Shown piece after piece: positions 18,243-28,108 of a DNA stretch of 64,000 bases; position 1 is the stretch's first letter, and every line of letters begins with the position of its first letter. The stretch covers positions 3,616,001 to 3,680,000 of the forward strand of contig OY761158.1 in NCBI GenBank assembly GCA_963664405.1. The letters are read 5' to 3'. The notes below the pieces were generated by a model. That model saw only the letters and a program-made list of their open reading frames with translations, did not search any database and had not been told where the DNA came from. The DNA is from Thermoanaerobaculia bacterium. Its GTDB lineage: Bacteria > Acidobacteriota > Thermoanaerobaculia > Multivoradales > Multivoraceae. A program made the position numbers and the translations under genes.

Positions 18243-19294
18243 TCCTCGTTCACTACCACACGCCCGAGCTCCTCACCTCCTCGGTCATGGCTCTGCGCCA
18301 GGACATTCTGGCCTCGGATATCGATGCAGAGTGGCGGCTGGTGGACAACGGCAGCACGGCTCAGGAGCAAGAGAGCTTACGCAGGCTCGAGCTCCCCGTG
18401 CTCGAGTCGGAAGGCAACGTGGGCTTTGCTGCCGCGGTGAACCGTGGGGTGGAGTGCTGTGAAGCCGACAATCTGCTCATTCTCAACCCCGACGTCCGAG
18501 TCGAGCCCGGTTGCGTCACGGCCCTGCTTCGGCGCCTGGAGGCCGGTGCCGGAGCTGCTGCCCCTCGCCTTTATTGGGATCAGCAGCGGCGCTTCCTGCT
18601 GCCGCCCGGGGAGCAACGAACCCGGCGCGACGAGCTCCTGGCCCTGCTCGGGCGGCGTTGGCCCCGCCTCTGCGCTCGCGCCCGTCGTCGCTGGCGCCGC
18701 AGCGCTCGCTACCATTGGCAGGCGACCGGCGACTTCCTCAGCTACCAGCTGAGTGGCGCCGTAATCGCGGTGTCGCGAAAGGCTTGGAACGAGGTCGGCC
18801 CCTTCGACGAGGGCTACCGCATGTATTTCGAAGAAACGGACTGGCTGCGGCGTCTGCGCAAGGCAGGGCGCCCGGCCTATCAGGTGTCGGAAGCGGTGGC
18901 GGTGCATGACTTTGCCCAGAGCAGCAAGAGTGAGCCGCGGTCGCACGGCTGGTTCGAAGAGTCCTCCCGCAGATATCGCCGGTCGTCCTATGGGGGTTGG
19001 TTCGACGCCGTCTATTCGGGTCTTTCGGCCTCGGGCCCCGGCCTCAGCCCTCTCGATAGTTGGCAGCCCTGGAGCTCGGCTAGTGCTGTCGCGGCCGGCG
19101 GCCGGGCTGCCTGGGTGGAGTTGTCTCCGAACCCTGAAGCTTTTCCGGCGGCGGCGGAGCGTCTCGGTGACGGTGGCCTCGACGGCTGGAGCGCGCCCTG
19201 CACCCAGATGGCTGCCATTGGCGCCAAGCAGATGAGTCTGTGCGTGACGGACGCGGGTGGCGCCGAGCTCGGATTGTTTCGCCTCAGCGCCTAG
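18227..19294 (+). CDS. Glycosyltransferase family 2
   Basis: VDNGS, NVGFAAAVN, LNPD, FDEGYRMYFEETD. Confidence 0.9.
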   Translation: MRLGVVLVHYHTPELLTSSVMALRQDILASDIDAEWRLVDNGSTAQEQESLRRLELPVLESEGNVGFAAAVNRGVECCEADNLLILNPDVRVEPGCVTALLRRLEAGAGAAAPRLYWDQQRRFLLPPGEQRTRRDELLALLGRRWPRLCARARRRWRRSARYHWQATGDFLSYQLSGAVIAVSRKAWNEVGPFDEGYRMYFEETDWLRRLRKAGRPAYQVSEAVAVHDFAQSSKSEPRSHGWFEESSRRYRRSSYGGWFDAVYSGLSASGPGLSPLDSWQPWSSASAVAAGGRAAWVELSPNPEAFPAAAERLGDGGLDGWSAPCTQMAAIGAKQMSLCVTDAGGAELGLFRLSA

Positions 19295-19328
19295 ACCCTC
19301 GGGTCTAGGCCCCCGAGGAGCCACCATC

Positions 19329-20717
19329 TCAGAAGAGGTCGCTGTCGCCCATGCTCATGTAGTAGCCGCTCTCGAGCTCTTCGCCCGGGCTCTCTAGGAA
19401 GGGTACGTAGACCATTCCGAGGCCCTGAGGCTCGGGATGGCGTTGGAAGCCGAGCTCGGTCACCAGATCGCTCCACCACCCCGGATGGCTCGAGAACCAT
19501 GCCTCAACGCGAGCCGGCCGGCTCTCCCCGCCGCCGCCAAGGGCGTGGTCGAGAAGTACCGGGACCGCCTCGGGCGCTTCAGGATCGAAGAGAGCGTCAC
19601 CCCACACCAAGCGATCGCCGTCACGACGAAAGACGCTCCAGCCGACCAGGTCTTGGTTACGATCGACACGGTAGAAGGCGTACTCCCGATCTGGACACTC
19701 GAGGTAACGCCAACGGAGGTATCGCTGATCGCGCTCGACCAGCAGCCCAAAGGCCGGAGCCGAGCGCTCGAAGAGCTCATCGAAGGCGGAGTCGAGCTGG
19801 TAGGTCCGCGAGACACGCAGAGCGCTCTTCTCAGGCGGGAGTCGCAGACGCTCGGCGGCGCAACTTAGTATTTCGATATCCCAGACTTTCTTTGCGCCGA
19901 CAAAGAGCTGGGAGAAACGCTGGATGTTGCCGGTGTTGAATCCATAGTTGAAGGCGACCTCACCGGCGCAGAAGCGGGCGTAGAAGTGCCGCGCCGTGCG
20001 GCTCAGAAGGCTGGTGGGGCCGCGGCCCACATGCCGGTGCGAAGCGGCGGTCATCGTGTCTCCGACCTGATGGCAGACAAGAGTCGTATCCGCCTTCCCG
20101 GCGTGTGCCCTACGCCAGCGGACGGGGTAGGCGCAGTACTGGGCCACCAGCTCGCCACCGGGGGCTAGGGCGATACTGATGCGCTGATTGCCGTGGGGAT
20201 TTCGCGTGTACTTCCAGCTCCAGTGATCGATGCCCCTCGCTGGAGAGAAGGCAATGTTGAAGAGGCGTAAGATCTCGCTCTCGTCATCGTCACGATACGG
20301 ACGAATTCGGTAGTCGTCTTTCCGGCCCTCGATCCAACTCTCTCCCTCCGCCGCTTGCGCAGTCTCCTCTCGCAAGGGGCAGAAACCGGACTCGGCTAGG
20401 GCGCCCATGGCGTGCTCGAAGAAAGGATCTCCAGGTTGGAGGCCGGGGAAGACCAGAAAGAGCTTTCCGTCGTCTACCAGGAGCCGTCTAGCGCATCCCA
20501 GCGAGGTCGATAGAGAGGTGGAGTCCTCGACCCCCAAAGTCAAGACAATGGCCCGCTGCGGCCCGCACCCCGCCAGGGCCGCGGCGATACCTCCTTCCTC
20601 GACCGGGCGATACTCCACGTTCGTGGAGCCAATGTCCGAAGAACCGACCCGGCCGGGCTCACCGCCGACGAAGAGGATGTTGCCTTCGGTAGGGAGCCTG
20701 GTGGTGAGGTGGTTCAT
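19329..20717 (-). CDS. GNAT-fold acyltransferase with extra N-terminal domain
   Basis: IRPYRDDD...WSWKY..NPHG, DTMT...HR, YLRWRY tandem GNAT pattern. Confidence 0.75.
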   Translation of the reverse strand: MNHLTTRLPTEGNILFVGGEPGRVGSSDIGSTNVEYRPVEEGGIAAALAGCGPQRAIVLTLGVEDSTSLSTSLGCARRLLVDDGKLFLVFPGLQPGDPFFEHAMGALAESGFCPLREETAQAAEGESWIEGRKDDYRIRPYRDDDESEILRLFNIAFSPARGIDHWSWKYTRNPHGNQRISIALAPGGELVAQYCAYPVRWRRAHAGKADTTLVCHQVGDTMTAASHRHVGRGPTSLLSRTARHFYARFCAGEVAFNYGFNTGNIQRFSQLFVGAKKVWDIEILSCAAERLRLPPEKSALRVSRTYQLDSAFDELFERSAPAFGLLVERDQRYLRWRYLECPDREYAFYRVDRNQDLVGWSVFRRDGDRLVWGDALFDPEAPEAVPVLLDHALGGGGESRPARVEAWFSSHPGWWSDLVTELGFQRHPEPQGLGMVYVPFLESPGEELESGYYMSMGDSDLF

Positions 20718-20720
20718 TGA

Positions 20721-20871
20721 AGAAGTAAGAAGTAAGAAGTAAGCAGTAGGAGGTAGGAAGTAGACCTCAAACGGCGCAGGGTAGGCAAGGGAGCGTAGGG
20801 AGGAAGGGAGCGCTGAAAGAAGAAGGGCATAGTAGCCAGTCCCTACTCCTCACTCCTTGTTCCTTACTTCT
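20721..20871. repeat. Heptamer tandem repeats in inverted arrangement
   Basis: AGAAGTA-like x6 at 20721-20762; TACTCCT/TACTTCT-like x4 at 20844-20871. Confidence 0.75.
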
Positions 20872-20900
20872 CCCCCGTGTACTAACGATAAGGTAAGAAC

Positions 20901-21617
20901 GTGATCGGCCTCTCCGTAGTGATCCCTGCTTTTAACGAAGAGAAGCGGCTGGCGACGTCTCTTCCTGCGATTGTTGCGCATCTGGGCCAGCGAGAGTCGG
21001 AGTACGAGATCGTTGTTGTGGACGACGGCTCGTCGGACGGTACGGCGGAGCTGGCGGCATCCTGGGAAGAACGAGGAGTGAGCGTCATCCGACAACCGCA
21101 GAATCGGGGTAAGGGAGCGGCTCTCAAGGCAGGGGTGCTGGCTTCGAGAGGAGCGGTCGTGCTTCTTACCGACGCCGATCTCTCCACCCCGATTGGTGAG
21201 CTCGAGCGGCTGGAGGAGTACCTCGACGAGAATCCCGTCGTCTTCGGCAGCCGTGCCGTAGAGGGCGCCCGAATCGACGATCCGCAGCCTTTCTTCCGAC
21301 AGTGCATGGGAAAGACATTCAACTTCATGATCAGGATGCTGGTCGTGGGCGGTGTTCGAGACACTCAATGCGGGTTCAAACTGCTCCGAGGCGATGACGC
21401 GCGCCGGCTCTTTGCCGATCTGACCCTCGATGGCTTTTCCTACGATGTCGAGCTCTTGTGGCTGGCTCGCCGCCGCGGCCTCGCGGTCGCGGAAGTGGGC
21501 GTGCTCTGGAACCACTGCCCCGACTCGACGGTGCATCTTTTGGCCGATCCGTTGAGGATGGCGTTCGATGTTCTTCGCTTTCGCTTTCATCACCTCCGCC
21601 GCGGTCCACAAGCATGA
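20901..21617 (+). CDS. GT2 polyprenol-phosphate glycosyltransferase (DPG synthase-like)
   Basis: NRGKGAA, DADLSTP, DTQCGFK, FSYDVELL. Confidence 0.9.
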   Translation: MIGLSVVIPAFNEEKRLATSLPAIVAHLGQRESEYEIVVVDDGSSDGTAELAASWEERGVSVIRQPQNRGKGAALKAGVLASRGAVVLLTDADLSTPIGELERLEEYLDENPVVFGSRAVEGARIDDPQPFFRQCMGKTFNFMIRMLVVGGVRDTQCGFKLLRGDDARRLFADLTLDGFSYDVELLWLARRRGLAVAEVGVLWNHCPDSTVHLLADPLRMAFDVLRFRFHHLRRGPQA

Positions 21618-23482
21618 GCCGCGTCGCCGTACCTCCCGGCGAGAGCTCTCGACTCCAGTCGGTGCGGACGCTGGTCCTGGCGCCGCACTTCGACGATGAG
21701 GTTCTTGGCTGCGGAGGTCTGCTGGCCGGCCTTGCGCGAGCTGGAACGCAGATCACGGTCGCCTTTCTCAGTGACGGCAGCGGCGGTGTCGAGGATGTTG
21801 GCGATCGTCGGGCCTATGCGACCCGCCGCAGGGCCGAAGCTGAAGCTGCGAGCAAGGTTCTTGGTGTCGGCGTGCTCGAGTATCTAGATCTGCTGGATGG
21901 ATCGCTAGCCTCTTCGCTCAAGGAGCTGAAGGAGGCGATTGAGCGCCTTCTGGCCGAGGTACGCCCGGATCTGTTGCTCGTTCCGACACCCCTAGAAGTG
22001 ACCACTGACCACCAGGCCCCATTCGCGGCGTTGCATCAGGTCCTGTCTCCGCTGCGGAGTGGGGACGCACTACTCGAAGCTGTCGCGGGGCTAGGAGTCC
22101 TTCTCTACGAGGTCAACCACCCTGCTCATCCGGACACACTGGTCGACGTGACCGAGGAGCAGGAGACTCTCGAAGAAGCCATGGCCTGCTATGGGAGCCA
22201 GGAAGAGCGCCACAATTATCTAGCCGCGGGTCTCGGTCTGCGCCGCTATCGAAGTGTGACTCTCGGCCCCGAGGTAACCCTGGCCGAAGCCTATACAAGG
22301 CTCGAGATCTCCGATCTGAGCACTCGCTCCCTCGCCCAGCTGATCGGCGATCTCGGAGGAGCTCCCCCGCGCGTGGAAGTTCCCGGCGGACCGCTCGTAT
22401 CGGTCGTGGTGCGTACGAGGAATCGGCCCGTGCTCTTGGCCCAGGCTCTGGAGAGCCTCGCCGGAAGCACCTATCGCAATGTCGAAGTGATATTGGTGAA
22501 TGACGGAGGCGAGCCGCCGGCGGAGCCCGGCAGTTTTCCTTTTCCACTGCGCCGCGTCGATCTCGGCGGCGACGGGGGGCAGCGAGCCGCCGCTGCGAAT
22601 GCGGGGATCCACGAGGCACGCGGCGACTACTTGGCCTTTCTCGACGACGATGACTTAGCGGCTCCAGAACACCTCGCCACTCTTGTCGGCCTCGCGGAAG
22701 GATCCGGTGCCCGAGTGGTCTACACCGATGCCGCAGTCGGAATTTACGAGGCGGCCGCGGACGGGGGCTGGAGCTGTAGCGAGCGACGCCTCCCTTACAG
22801 CCGTGACTTCGATGCCGATCTACTTCTATTCGACAACTACATTCCCTTCAATACGCTGTTGATGGAACGCTCCCTGCTACTGGAAGTGGGCGCTCTCGAC
22901 GAGGAATTGCCCATCTTCGAAGACTGGGACTATCTAATTCGGCTGTCGCGCCTGTGCGAATTCCACCATCTGGCCCGAGTCACTTGCGAGTACCGACACT
23001 TTCGCGGCGGTCGCCACGCTCTGGGTGAGCAGGCGGCGGCGCGCAGCGACTTTGTCGAGATGAAGGCGCGCGTGATCGACAAGCACCGCTCGTCTCTCGA
23101 GGGCCCGACCCTCGCGCGAGTCGTTGTGGCGCTGCGAAGAGAGGCTGTCGAGGCTCGAACGAGGGCCGATGACCTCAATTCTCGACTGACCACCCTTAGC
23201 ACTCGTTTTCAGCTGGTCAACGGCGAGCTCGAGGCGGTGCGGGGGTCGAGCGCCCAACAGGCTGTCGCCCTGGCCGAGCACGAGGCAGCTCTAGCCGAGC
23301 ACGTTGTCCAGTTCCAAAGAATGTTCGATGAAGAGAGTCGGCTGCGCAGTGGCCTCGACGATCAGATCGAGCATCTGGGCCGCACCTACGCGGAGATCGA
23401 GCGCCTCGGCGCCGAGATGCACGAGATGAAGACGACGCGCGCATGGCGTTTTCATGCATGGTGGCAACGCCGTCGGTCATGA
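21614..23482 (+). CDS. PIG-L family deacetylase fused to GT2 and C-terminal coiled coil
   Basis: APHFDDE and DH motifs; VNDGG, FLDDDD, EDWD; heptad-rich tail; ATGA overlap with previous gene. Confidence 0.88.
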   Translation: MSRVAVPPGESSRLQSVRTLVLAPHFDDEVLGCGGLLAGLARAGTQITVAFLSDGSGGVEDVGDRRAYATRRRAEAEAASKVLGVGVLEYLDLLDGSLASSLKELKEAIERLLAEVRPDLLLVPTPLEVTTDHQAPFAALHQVLSPLRSGDALLEAVAGLGVLLYEVNHPAHPDTLVDVTEEQETLEEAMACYGSQEERHNYLAAGLGLRRYRSVTLGPEVTLAEAYTRLEISDLSTRSLAQLIGDLGGAPPRVEVPGGPLVSVVVRTRNRPVLLAQALESLAGSTYRNVEVILVNDGGEPPAEPGSFPFPLRRVDLGGDGGQRAAAANAGIHEARGDYLAFLDDDDLAAPEHLATLVGLAEGSGARVVYTDAAVGIYEAAADGGWSCSERRLPYSRDFDADLLLFDNYIPFNTLLMERSLLLEVGALDEELPIFEDWDYLIRLSRLCEFHHLARVTCEYRHFRGGRHALGEQAAARSDFVEMKARVIDKHRSSLEGPTLARVVVALRREAVEARTRADDLNSRLTTLSTRFQLVNGELEAVRGSSAQQAVALAEHEAALAEHVVQFQRMFDEESRLRSGLDDQIEHLGRTYAEIERLGAEMHEMKTTRAWRFHAWWQRRRS

Positions 23483-24750
23483 ACCGGGTAGCTCTGATCT
23501 CGAGTGAGCCCCTGCGCTCGCTAATGGCCGGAGTCGGCATCCGCTACCTCGAGCTTTCAAGGCAGCTGGCAGCGGCCGAGATCGAGGTTCGCTTGATCCA
23601 CCCTGGCGATCCAAAGGAGACGCCGGATCCTGGGGACGGCGTCGAAGTCCGATCCTTAGCCGATGAAGGCTTGGCTTCGTTGTTGGCGGGTTGCGACGCC
23701 GCGGTTGCGCAAGGGCAGCTTGCCAACAATGTGGCGCTCGAGGCGCCGGATCTACCGCTGGTCGTCGACCTTTACGATCCTTGGCTTCTCGAGAACCTCC
23801 ACTACGCCGAGACTCTTGGACTGGATTCTTATCGCAACGACCATGCGAGCTGGGTTCTGCAGCTCTCTCATGGCGACTTCTTCTTGTGCTCATCCGAAGA
23901 GCAGCGCGACTACTATCTCGGTTTTTTGACCGCCCTTGGCCGGGTGAATCCACATCGCCTCCAAAGCGACCCGGATCTGCGAGCGCTGATCGACGTGGTT
24001 CCCTTCGGTGTCCCGGAGGCGCTACCCGAGCATCGCGCGTGGCTCGAGCCCCGCCTCGATGGCGCACCCAGGCTGCTTTTTGGAGGCGTCTACGACTGGT
24101 ACGACCCTGAGACTTTGCTGACGGCGTTAGATGCTCTCCTCGACCAACCGTGGGTGCTTCACTTCGTGCGCAACCCAAACCCGGAGTCGACACCCCAGGC
24201 GGCCCTCGAGCGGGTCGAGCGGTGGCTTTCGCAGCGTGAGGCGTCGTGGCGGGGAAGAGTGGAGATTCTGGACTGGGTACCTTCGGCCCGGCGTTTCGAC
24301 CTGCTCCGCGATGTCGATCTCCTGGTCGCTACCCATACAGACTGCCTCGAGACTCGCCTCTCGCTGCGTACCCGTTTTCTCGAAGCGCTGGCGGCGGGCT
24401 GCCCGGTGATGACGAGCGTTGGGGGAACGGTGAGCCGCCTTGTCGAGCTCTGGAAGGCGGGCTGGGTGGTGCCTCAGGGCGACGCCGCCGCGTTGTCCTC
24501 TTCGCTTCGTCACTTTCTAGGCAACCCTGCCGCGGTAGCCGAGAGAGTGGCGGCCGGCCGCGTCGGCATCGCGGACTTCCACTGGTCGCGGGTCGTTGAG
24601 CCTTTGCTTGGCTTCTGTCGGGATCCCAGGGTCGACTCGACCAAAGCGGCCTTCGCCTTCCGCCCTGGCACCGTGGCGCCGGCGGACTCGATTCGCTTTC
24701 GGTTGCGCCGAAAGTGGCACTCGCTGGTTCGTGCGGGAGGGCTTCGTTGA
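23479..24750 (+). CDS. Glycosyltransferase family 4-like
   Basis: MAGVGIRY, VDLYDP, RTRFLEALAAGCPV GT-B signature. Confidence 0.85.
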   Translation: MNRVALISSEPLRSLMAGVGIRYLELSRQLAAAEIEVRLIHPGDPKETPDPGDGVEVRSLADEGLASLLAGCDAAVAQGQLANNVALEAPDLPLVVDLYDPWLLENLHYAETLGLDSYRNDHASWVLQLSHGDFFLCSSEEQRDYYLGFLTALGRVNPHRLQSDPDLRALIDVVPFGVPEALPEHRAWLEPRLDGAPRLLFGGVYDWYDPETLLTALDALLDQPWVLHFVRNPNPESTPQAALERVERWLSQREASWRGRVEILDWVPSARRFDLLRDVDLLVATHTDCLETRLSLRTRFLEALAAGCPVMTSVGGTVSRLVELWKAGWVVPQGDAAALSSSLRHFLGNPAAVAERVAAGRVGIADFHWSRVVEPLLGFCRDPRVDSTKAAFAFRPGTVAPADSIRFRLRRKWHSLVRAGGLR

Positions 24751-26060
24751 GAGCGCCTCGACAGGTGTCGGTCTTGGTGCCGAGCTGGAACGGTCTCGAG
24801 CACCTCCAGCGTTGCCTTCCCGCGCTCGAGTCTCAAGACAGCCCTGGGGTGCCCTGGGAGCTGGTGGTGCTCGACAACGGCTCCAAGGATGGCTCAGCGG
24901 AGTGGGTCCGCTGTCACTGCCCCAAGGCGCGGGTGCTTTCGAGCGATTTGAACCTCGGCTTCGCGGCTGGGAATATGCGACTCGTCGATGCCGCCGAGGG
25001 GGACGCACTGGTCTTTCTCAACAACGATACGAGGGTCGGGCCCAGTTGGCTGGACTCGCTGGTTGATGCGCTGGCCAAGGCCCCAGACGATGTGGCGGCG
25101 ATCTCCGGCATGGTGCACGATTGGGAGGGCGAGCGGCTGGACTTCGGTCGTGGCATTCTCACCTTCGACGGTCATGCCTTTCAGCTCGACTTTGGGCGCC
25201 CGCTGGCCCAGGCGCGTCTTCCCGAGGCGGGTGAGGAGCTCCTCTTTCCTTCGGGGGGCAACATGATCATCTGGCGAGATGCCTTTCTCGAGGTCGGTGG
25301 CTTCGACGCGGACTACTTTGCCTATCTCGAGGACGTCGACTTGGGCTGGAGGTTGTGGTCGTCGGGTCGGCGGGTGCTGTCGGCTCCGGCGGCGCTCAGT
25401 TACCACCGCTCGATGGCGACCAGTGATCTTCTCGGCAATGCGAATCGAGGATTCTTGTTCGAGCGCAATGCCTTCATGACCGCCTACAAGAATTATGAGG
25501 CCGGAACCTGGGAGCGCATGATGCCGGCCATCATGCTGACTCTCCTCTCGCGGCTGGAAACCCTGACTATCCAGAACAATCCTGGCGGCGAGCTTCTTAC
25601 TGTGGACCCCTATGATGGCCGAATCGCCAACACCGGCCGACCGGCCGCCGGCGACGGATTTCGGGATCCCGCTGCGCTCTCCCGGTTGGAGCGATGGACC
25701 CAGATGCGACCCGGCCAACTGTTCCGCGCCGCCCTCAGCCGGCTCGACACCGAGCCCAGGGGCGCGACGAGATCCGGTGAAGCGGTCCCTCAGCTGACCG
25801 ATGAGCGTACTCGAGCTCATCATCGTGCGGTGTGGAGCCTTCTGGCTGGGCTCGATCGCGGGGCGGAGAAGCGTGCGAGGGTGCAGACTCTGCGCCGGAG
25901 GTCCGATAGTGAGATCTTCGCTCGTTTCCCCCTCTATCTGGTGCCCACCTATCCAGGCGATGAGGATCTCTTCGCCGGCGTCGGCTTTCGTGCCTGGCTG
26001 CCCGACGAGCTGCCGCTCGTCGAGAACACCTTGCAAGAGATCATGGAGGGCCACGGGTGA
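24747..26060 (+). CDS. Glycosyltransferase family 2
   Basis: DNGSKDGS, NLGFAAG, FLNND, YLEDVDLGWR; TTG start overlapping previous stop. Confidence 0.9.
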   Translation: MRAPRQVSVLVPSWNGLEHLQRCLPALESQDSPGVPWELVVLDNGSKDGSAEWVRCHCPKARVLSSDLNLGFAAGNMRLVDAAEGDALVFLNNDTRVGPSWLDSLVDALAKAPDDVAAISGMVHDWEGERLDFGRGILTFDGHAFQLDFGRPLAQARLPEAGEELLFPSGGNMIIWRDAFLEVGGFDADYFAYLEDVDLGWRLWSSGRRVLSAPAALSYHRSMATSDLLGNANRGFLFERNAFMTAYKNYEAGTWERMMPAIMLTLLSRLETLTIQNNPGGELLTVDPYDGRIANTGRPAAGDGFRDPAALSRLERWTQMRPGQLFRAALSRLDTEPRGATRSGEAVPQLTDERTRAHHRAVWSLLAGLDRGAEKRARVQTLRRRSDSEIFARFPLYLVPTYPGDEDLFAGVGFRAWLPDELPLVENTLQEIMEGHG

Positions 26061-26983
26061 AGCCCGCGGTGACGGTGGTCATCCCCACCTTCAATCGCTT
26101 GGACAGCTTGCCCGAAGTGCTCGCGGCTCTGGCAGAGCAGTCAAGGGGGAGCTCGCTCGAAGTGCTTGTCGTTGATGACGGATCCACCGATGGGACCGAG
26201 GAGTGGCTCGCGAGTTACCAGGGTGAGCTCGAGCTGAGAGTAGAGTCCCAGGAGAACCGCGGTCCTGCGGTGGCTCGCAATCGAGGGGTCAGGGCCGCCA
26301 ACGCGGAGTGGGTGGCCTTTTTGGGGGACGATACCGTCCCCTGTCCTGGATGGTTGGAGCGCTTGCAGCAGGCGGTGCTGGGGCGATCGGAGGCGCCATA
26401 CCACGCCGTCATCGGCCGCACCGAGTGGCACCCAAAGATGAAGGTCACTCCCTTCCTGGCCCATATCAATGAGTTTGGCGCCCAATTCGGCTATGCCCTG
26501 ATCGAGAACGCCGAAGACCTACCGTTCAACTTTTTCTACACTTCGAACCTCTTGGTTCATCGCGAACGCCTGCGGGAGGAGCCTTTCGACGAGGGCTTTC
26601 CGTACCCCGCCTGGGAAGACACTGAGCTGAGCTTTCGCCTCAAGGAGCGCGGGTTGCGGATCTGCTACGAGAAAACGGCCAAGGTCTTGCACAACCACCC
26701 CACCGATCTCGTTCGCTTCTGTGCAAGGCAGGAAATGGCGGGTTTTTCGGCTGTCGTCTTCTATCAGCGCCATCCTGAGCAGGGACCGATGCTGGGACTC
26801 GGCGCGACGGGACCGCCACCGATGTTGGGCTTGGGTTGGCGCTGCTTGGAGGTCGTGGCGCGGGCTTTGCAAGGATTCCCTGTAGCGATGCCGACTGTTT
26901 GGGACGAGGTCCTCCGTGGCCACTACATCCGCGGCCTCCATCGGGGCTGGCGGCATCTAGGCCCCGTGGGTCCGAGGAGTTGA
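26057..26983 (+). CDS. Glycosyltransferase family 2
   Basis: VVIPTFNR, VDDGSTD, FLGDD, WEDTEL. Confidence 0.92.
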   Translation: MKPAVTVVIPTFNRLDSLPEVLAALAEQSRGSSLEVLVVDDGSTDGTEEWLASYQGELELRVESQENRGPAVARNRGVRAANAEWVAFLGDDTVPCPGWLERLQQAVLGRSEAPYHAVIGRTEWHPKMKVTPFLAHINEFGAQFGYALIENAEDLPFNFFYTSNLLVHRERLREEPFDEGFPYPAWEDTELSFRLKERGLRICYEKTAKVLHNHPTDLVRFCARQEMAGFSAVVFYQRHPEQGPMLGLGATGPPPMLGLGWRCLEVVARALQGFPVAMPTVWDEVLRGHYIRGLHRGWRHLGPVGPRS

Positions 26984-26986
26984 GCT

Positions 26987-28075
26987 ATGATTGAGATCAG
27001 ACGACTTTGTTTTACGCGCGGATTGGTGATCGGAGCACTGGGGCTGGTATTGGCCTTGACGGGCCTGGCTCCCATAGCGTCTGCTGACGCACAGCAGCGC
27101 TCCGCCCAACCGCGCTCCTCGTCGGGCTCCGGCTCGTCGTCGGCCCGAGGGTTCTCGTCTGCTTCTCGTCCGTCGTCGGGCGGTCGCTCCTCGAGCTCGG
27201 GGGGTAGTCGCGCATCCGGAGGCAGCTCAGGTCGCTCAGATGGGAGATCCCACCGTCCGACCGGAAACCCGTCTCGAGGCTCGGGCCATCGCGGCGGGCA
27301 TGGCTACTATCCGAGCCATGGTTATGGCTACTACGGCGGCCACAGCTACTACTCCCTCGGCCTCAGCTTCGGCTATCCCTACTACGGTGGCTACTATGGG
27401 CCATACAACTACGGCTATGGGTACTCCTACGGCTACCCCTACTACGGTGCAGACCGCGGCTACGGGTACGCTCCGGCGGTCAGCCCCGGCGCACTCTCCC
27501 TCAAGATCAAACCCAAGGCCGCGTCCGTCTTTCTCGATGGCCGTTACGTCGGCATTGTCGATGGCTTCGATGGGCTTCCCCGTTACCTCTGGGTGCCGGC
27601 TGGAAACTACACCCTGACGGTCGTACATGAAGGCTACGCAAACCTCGAACAGGAGGTCGAGGTCGTTCCAGGACAGGTGGTCAAGTTCAAGACTCGGTTA
27701 GAGCCCGGAGTGGCGGTGAAGCCCGAACCGCAGGCGAAAGAAGTCCCTAGCCGCTTCCGGCCCGCCGATCAGCCGCGCCTGAGCGACACTGTGCCAGTGC
27801 CGTCGCAGGATCCGCCATCCCGGAGTCGGGATCTCCGCTCCGAGCCGGCTCACCTGGAGCTGGACATTCGGCCCGCCGATGCGTCGGTCTATCTCGACGG
27901 CCGCTTTCTCGGCACCGGCAGAGAGGTGTCCGGCCTCCGCGCGCCACTCATTGTGGATGCCGGCGAGCATGTTCTGCAAGTGATCCATCCGGATTTCACC
28001 AGCCAGGACCTGCAACTCGCGGTGGGCCCGGGCGAGCAACGCGCCCTGGAAGTCGTTCTCGATCCTAAAGGTTGA
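26987..28075 (+). CDS. Secreted PEGA-domain protein with Ser/Gly/Arg- and Tyr/Gly-rich N-terminus
   Basis: Signal peptide; two ASV(F/Y)LDGR(Y/F).G PEGA-like units. Confidence 0.8.
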   Translation: MIEIRRLCFTRGLVIGALGLVLALTGLAPIASADAQQRSAQPRSSSGSGSSSARGFSSASRPSSGGRSSSSGGSRASGGSSGRSDGRSHRPTGNPSRGSGHRGGHGYYPSHGYGYYGGHSYYSLGLSFGYPYYGGYYGPYNYGYGYSYGYPYYGADRGYGYAPAVSPGALSLKIKPKAASVFLDGRYVGIVDGFDGLPRYLWVPAGNYTLTVVHEGYANLEQEVEVVPGQVVKFKTRLEPGVAVKPEPQAKEVPSRFRPADQPRLSDTVPVPSQDPPSRSRDLRSEPAHLELDIRPADASVYLDGRFLGTGREVSGLRAPLIVDAGEHVLQVIHPDFTSQDLQLAVGPGEQRALEVVLDPKG

Positions 28076-28108
28076 GCCCCTGCGGCTCCCGTAGAGCCGT
28101 CCTCGCTT

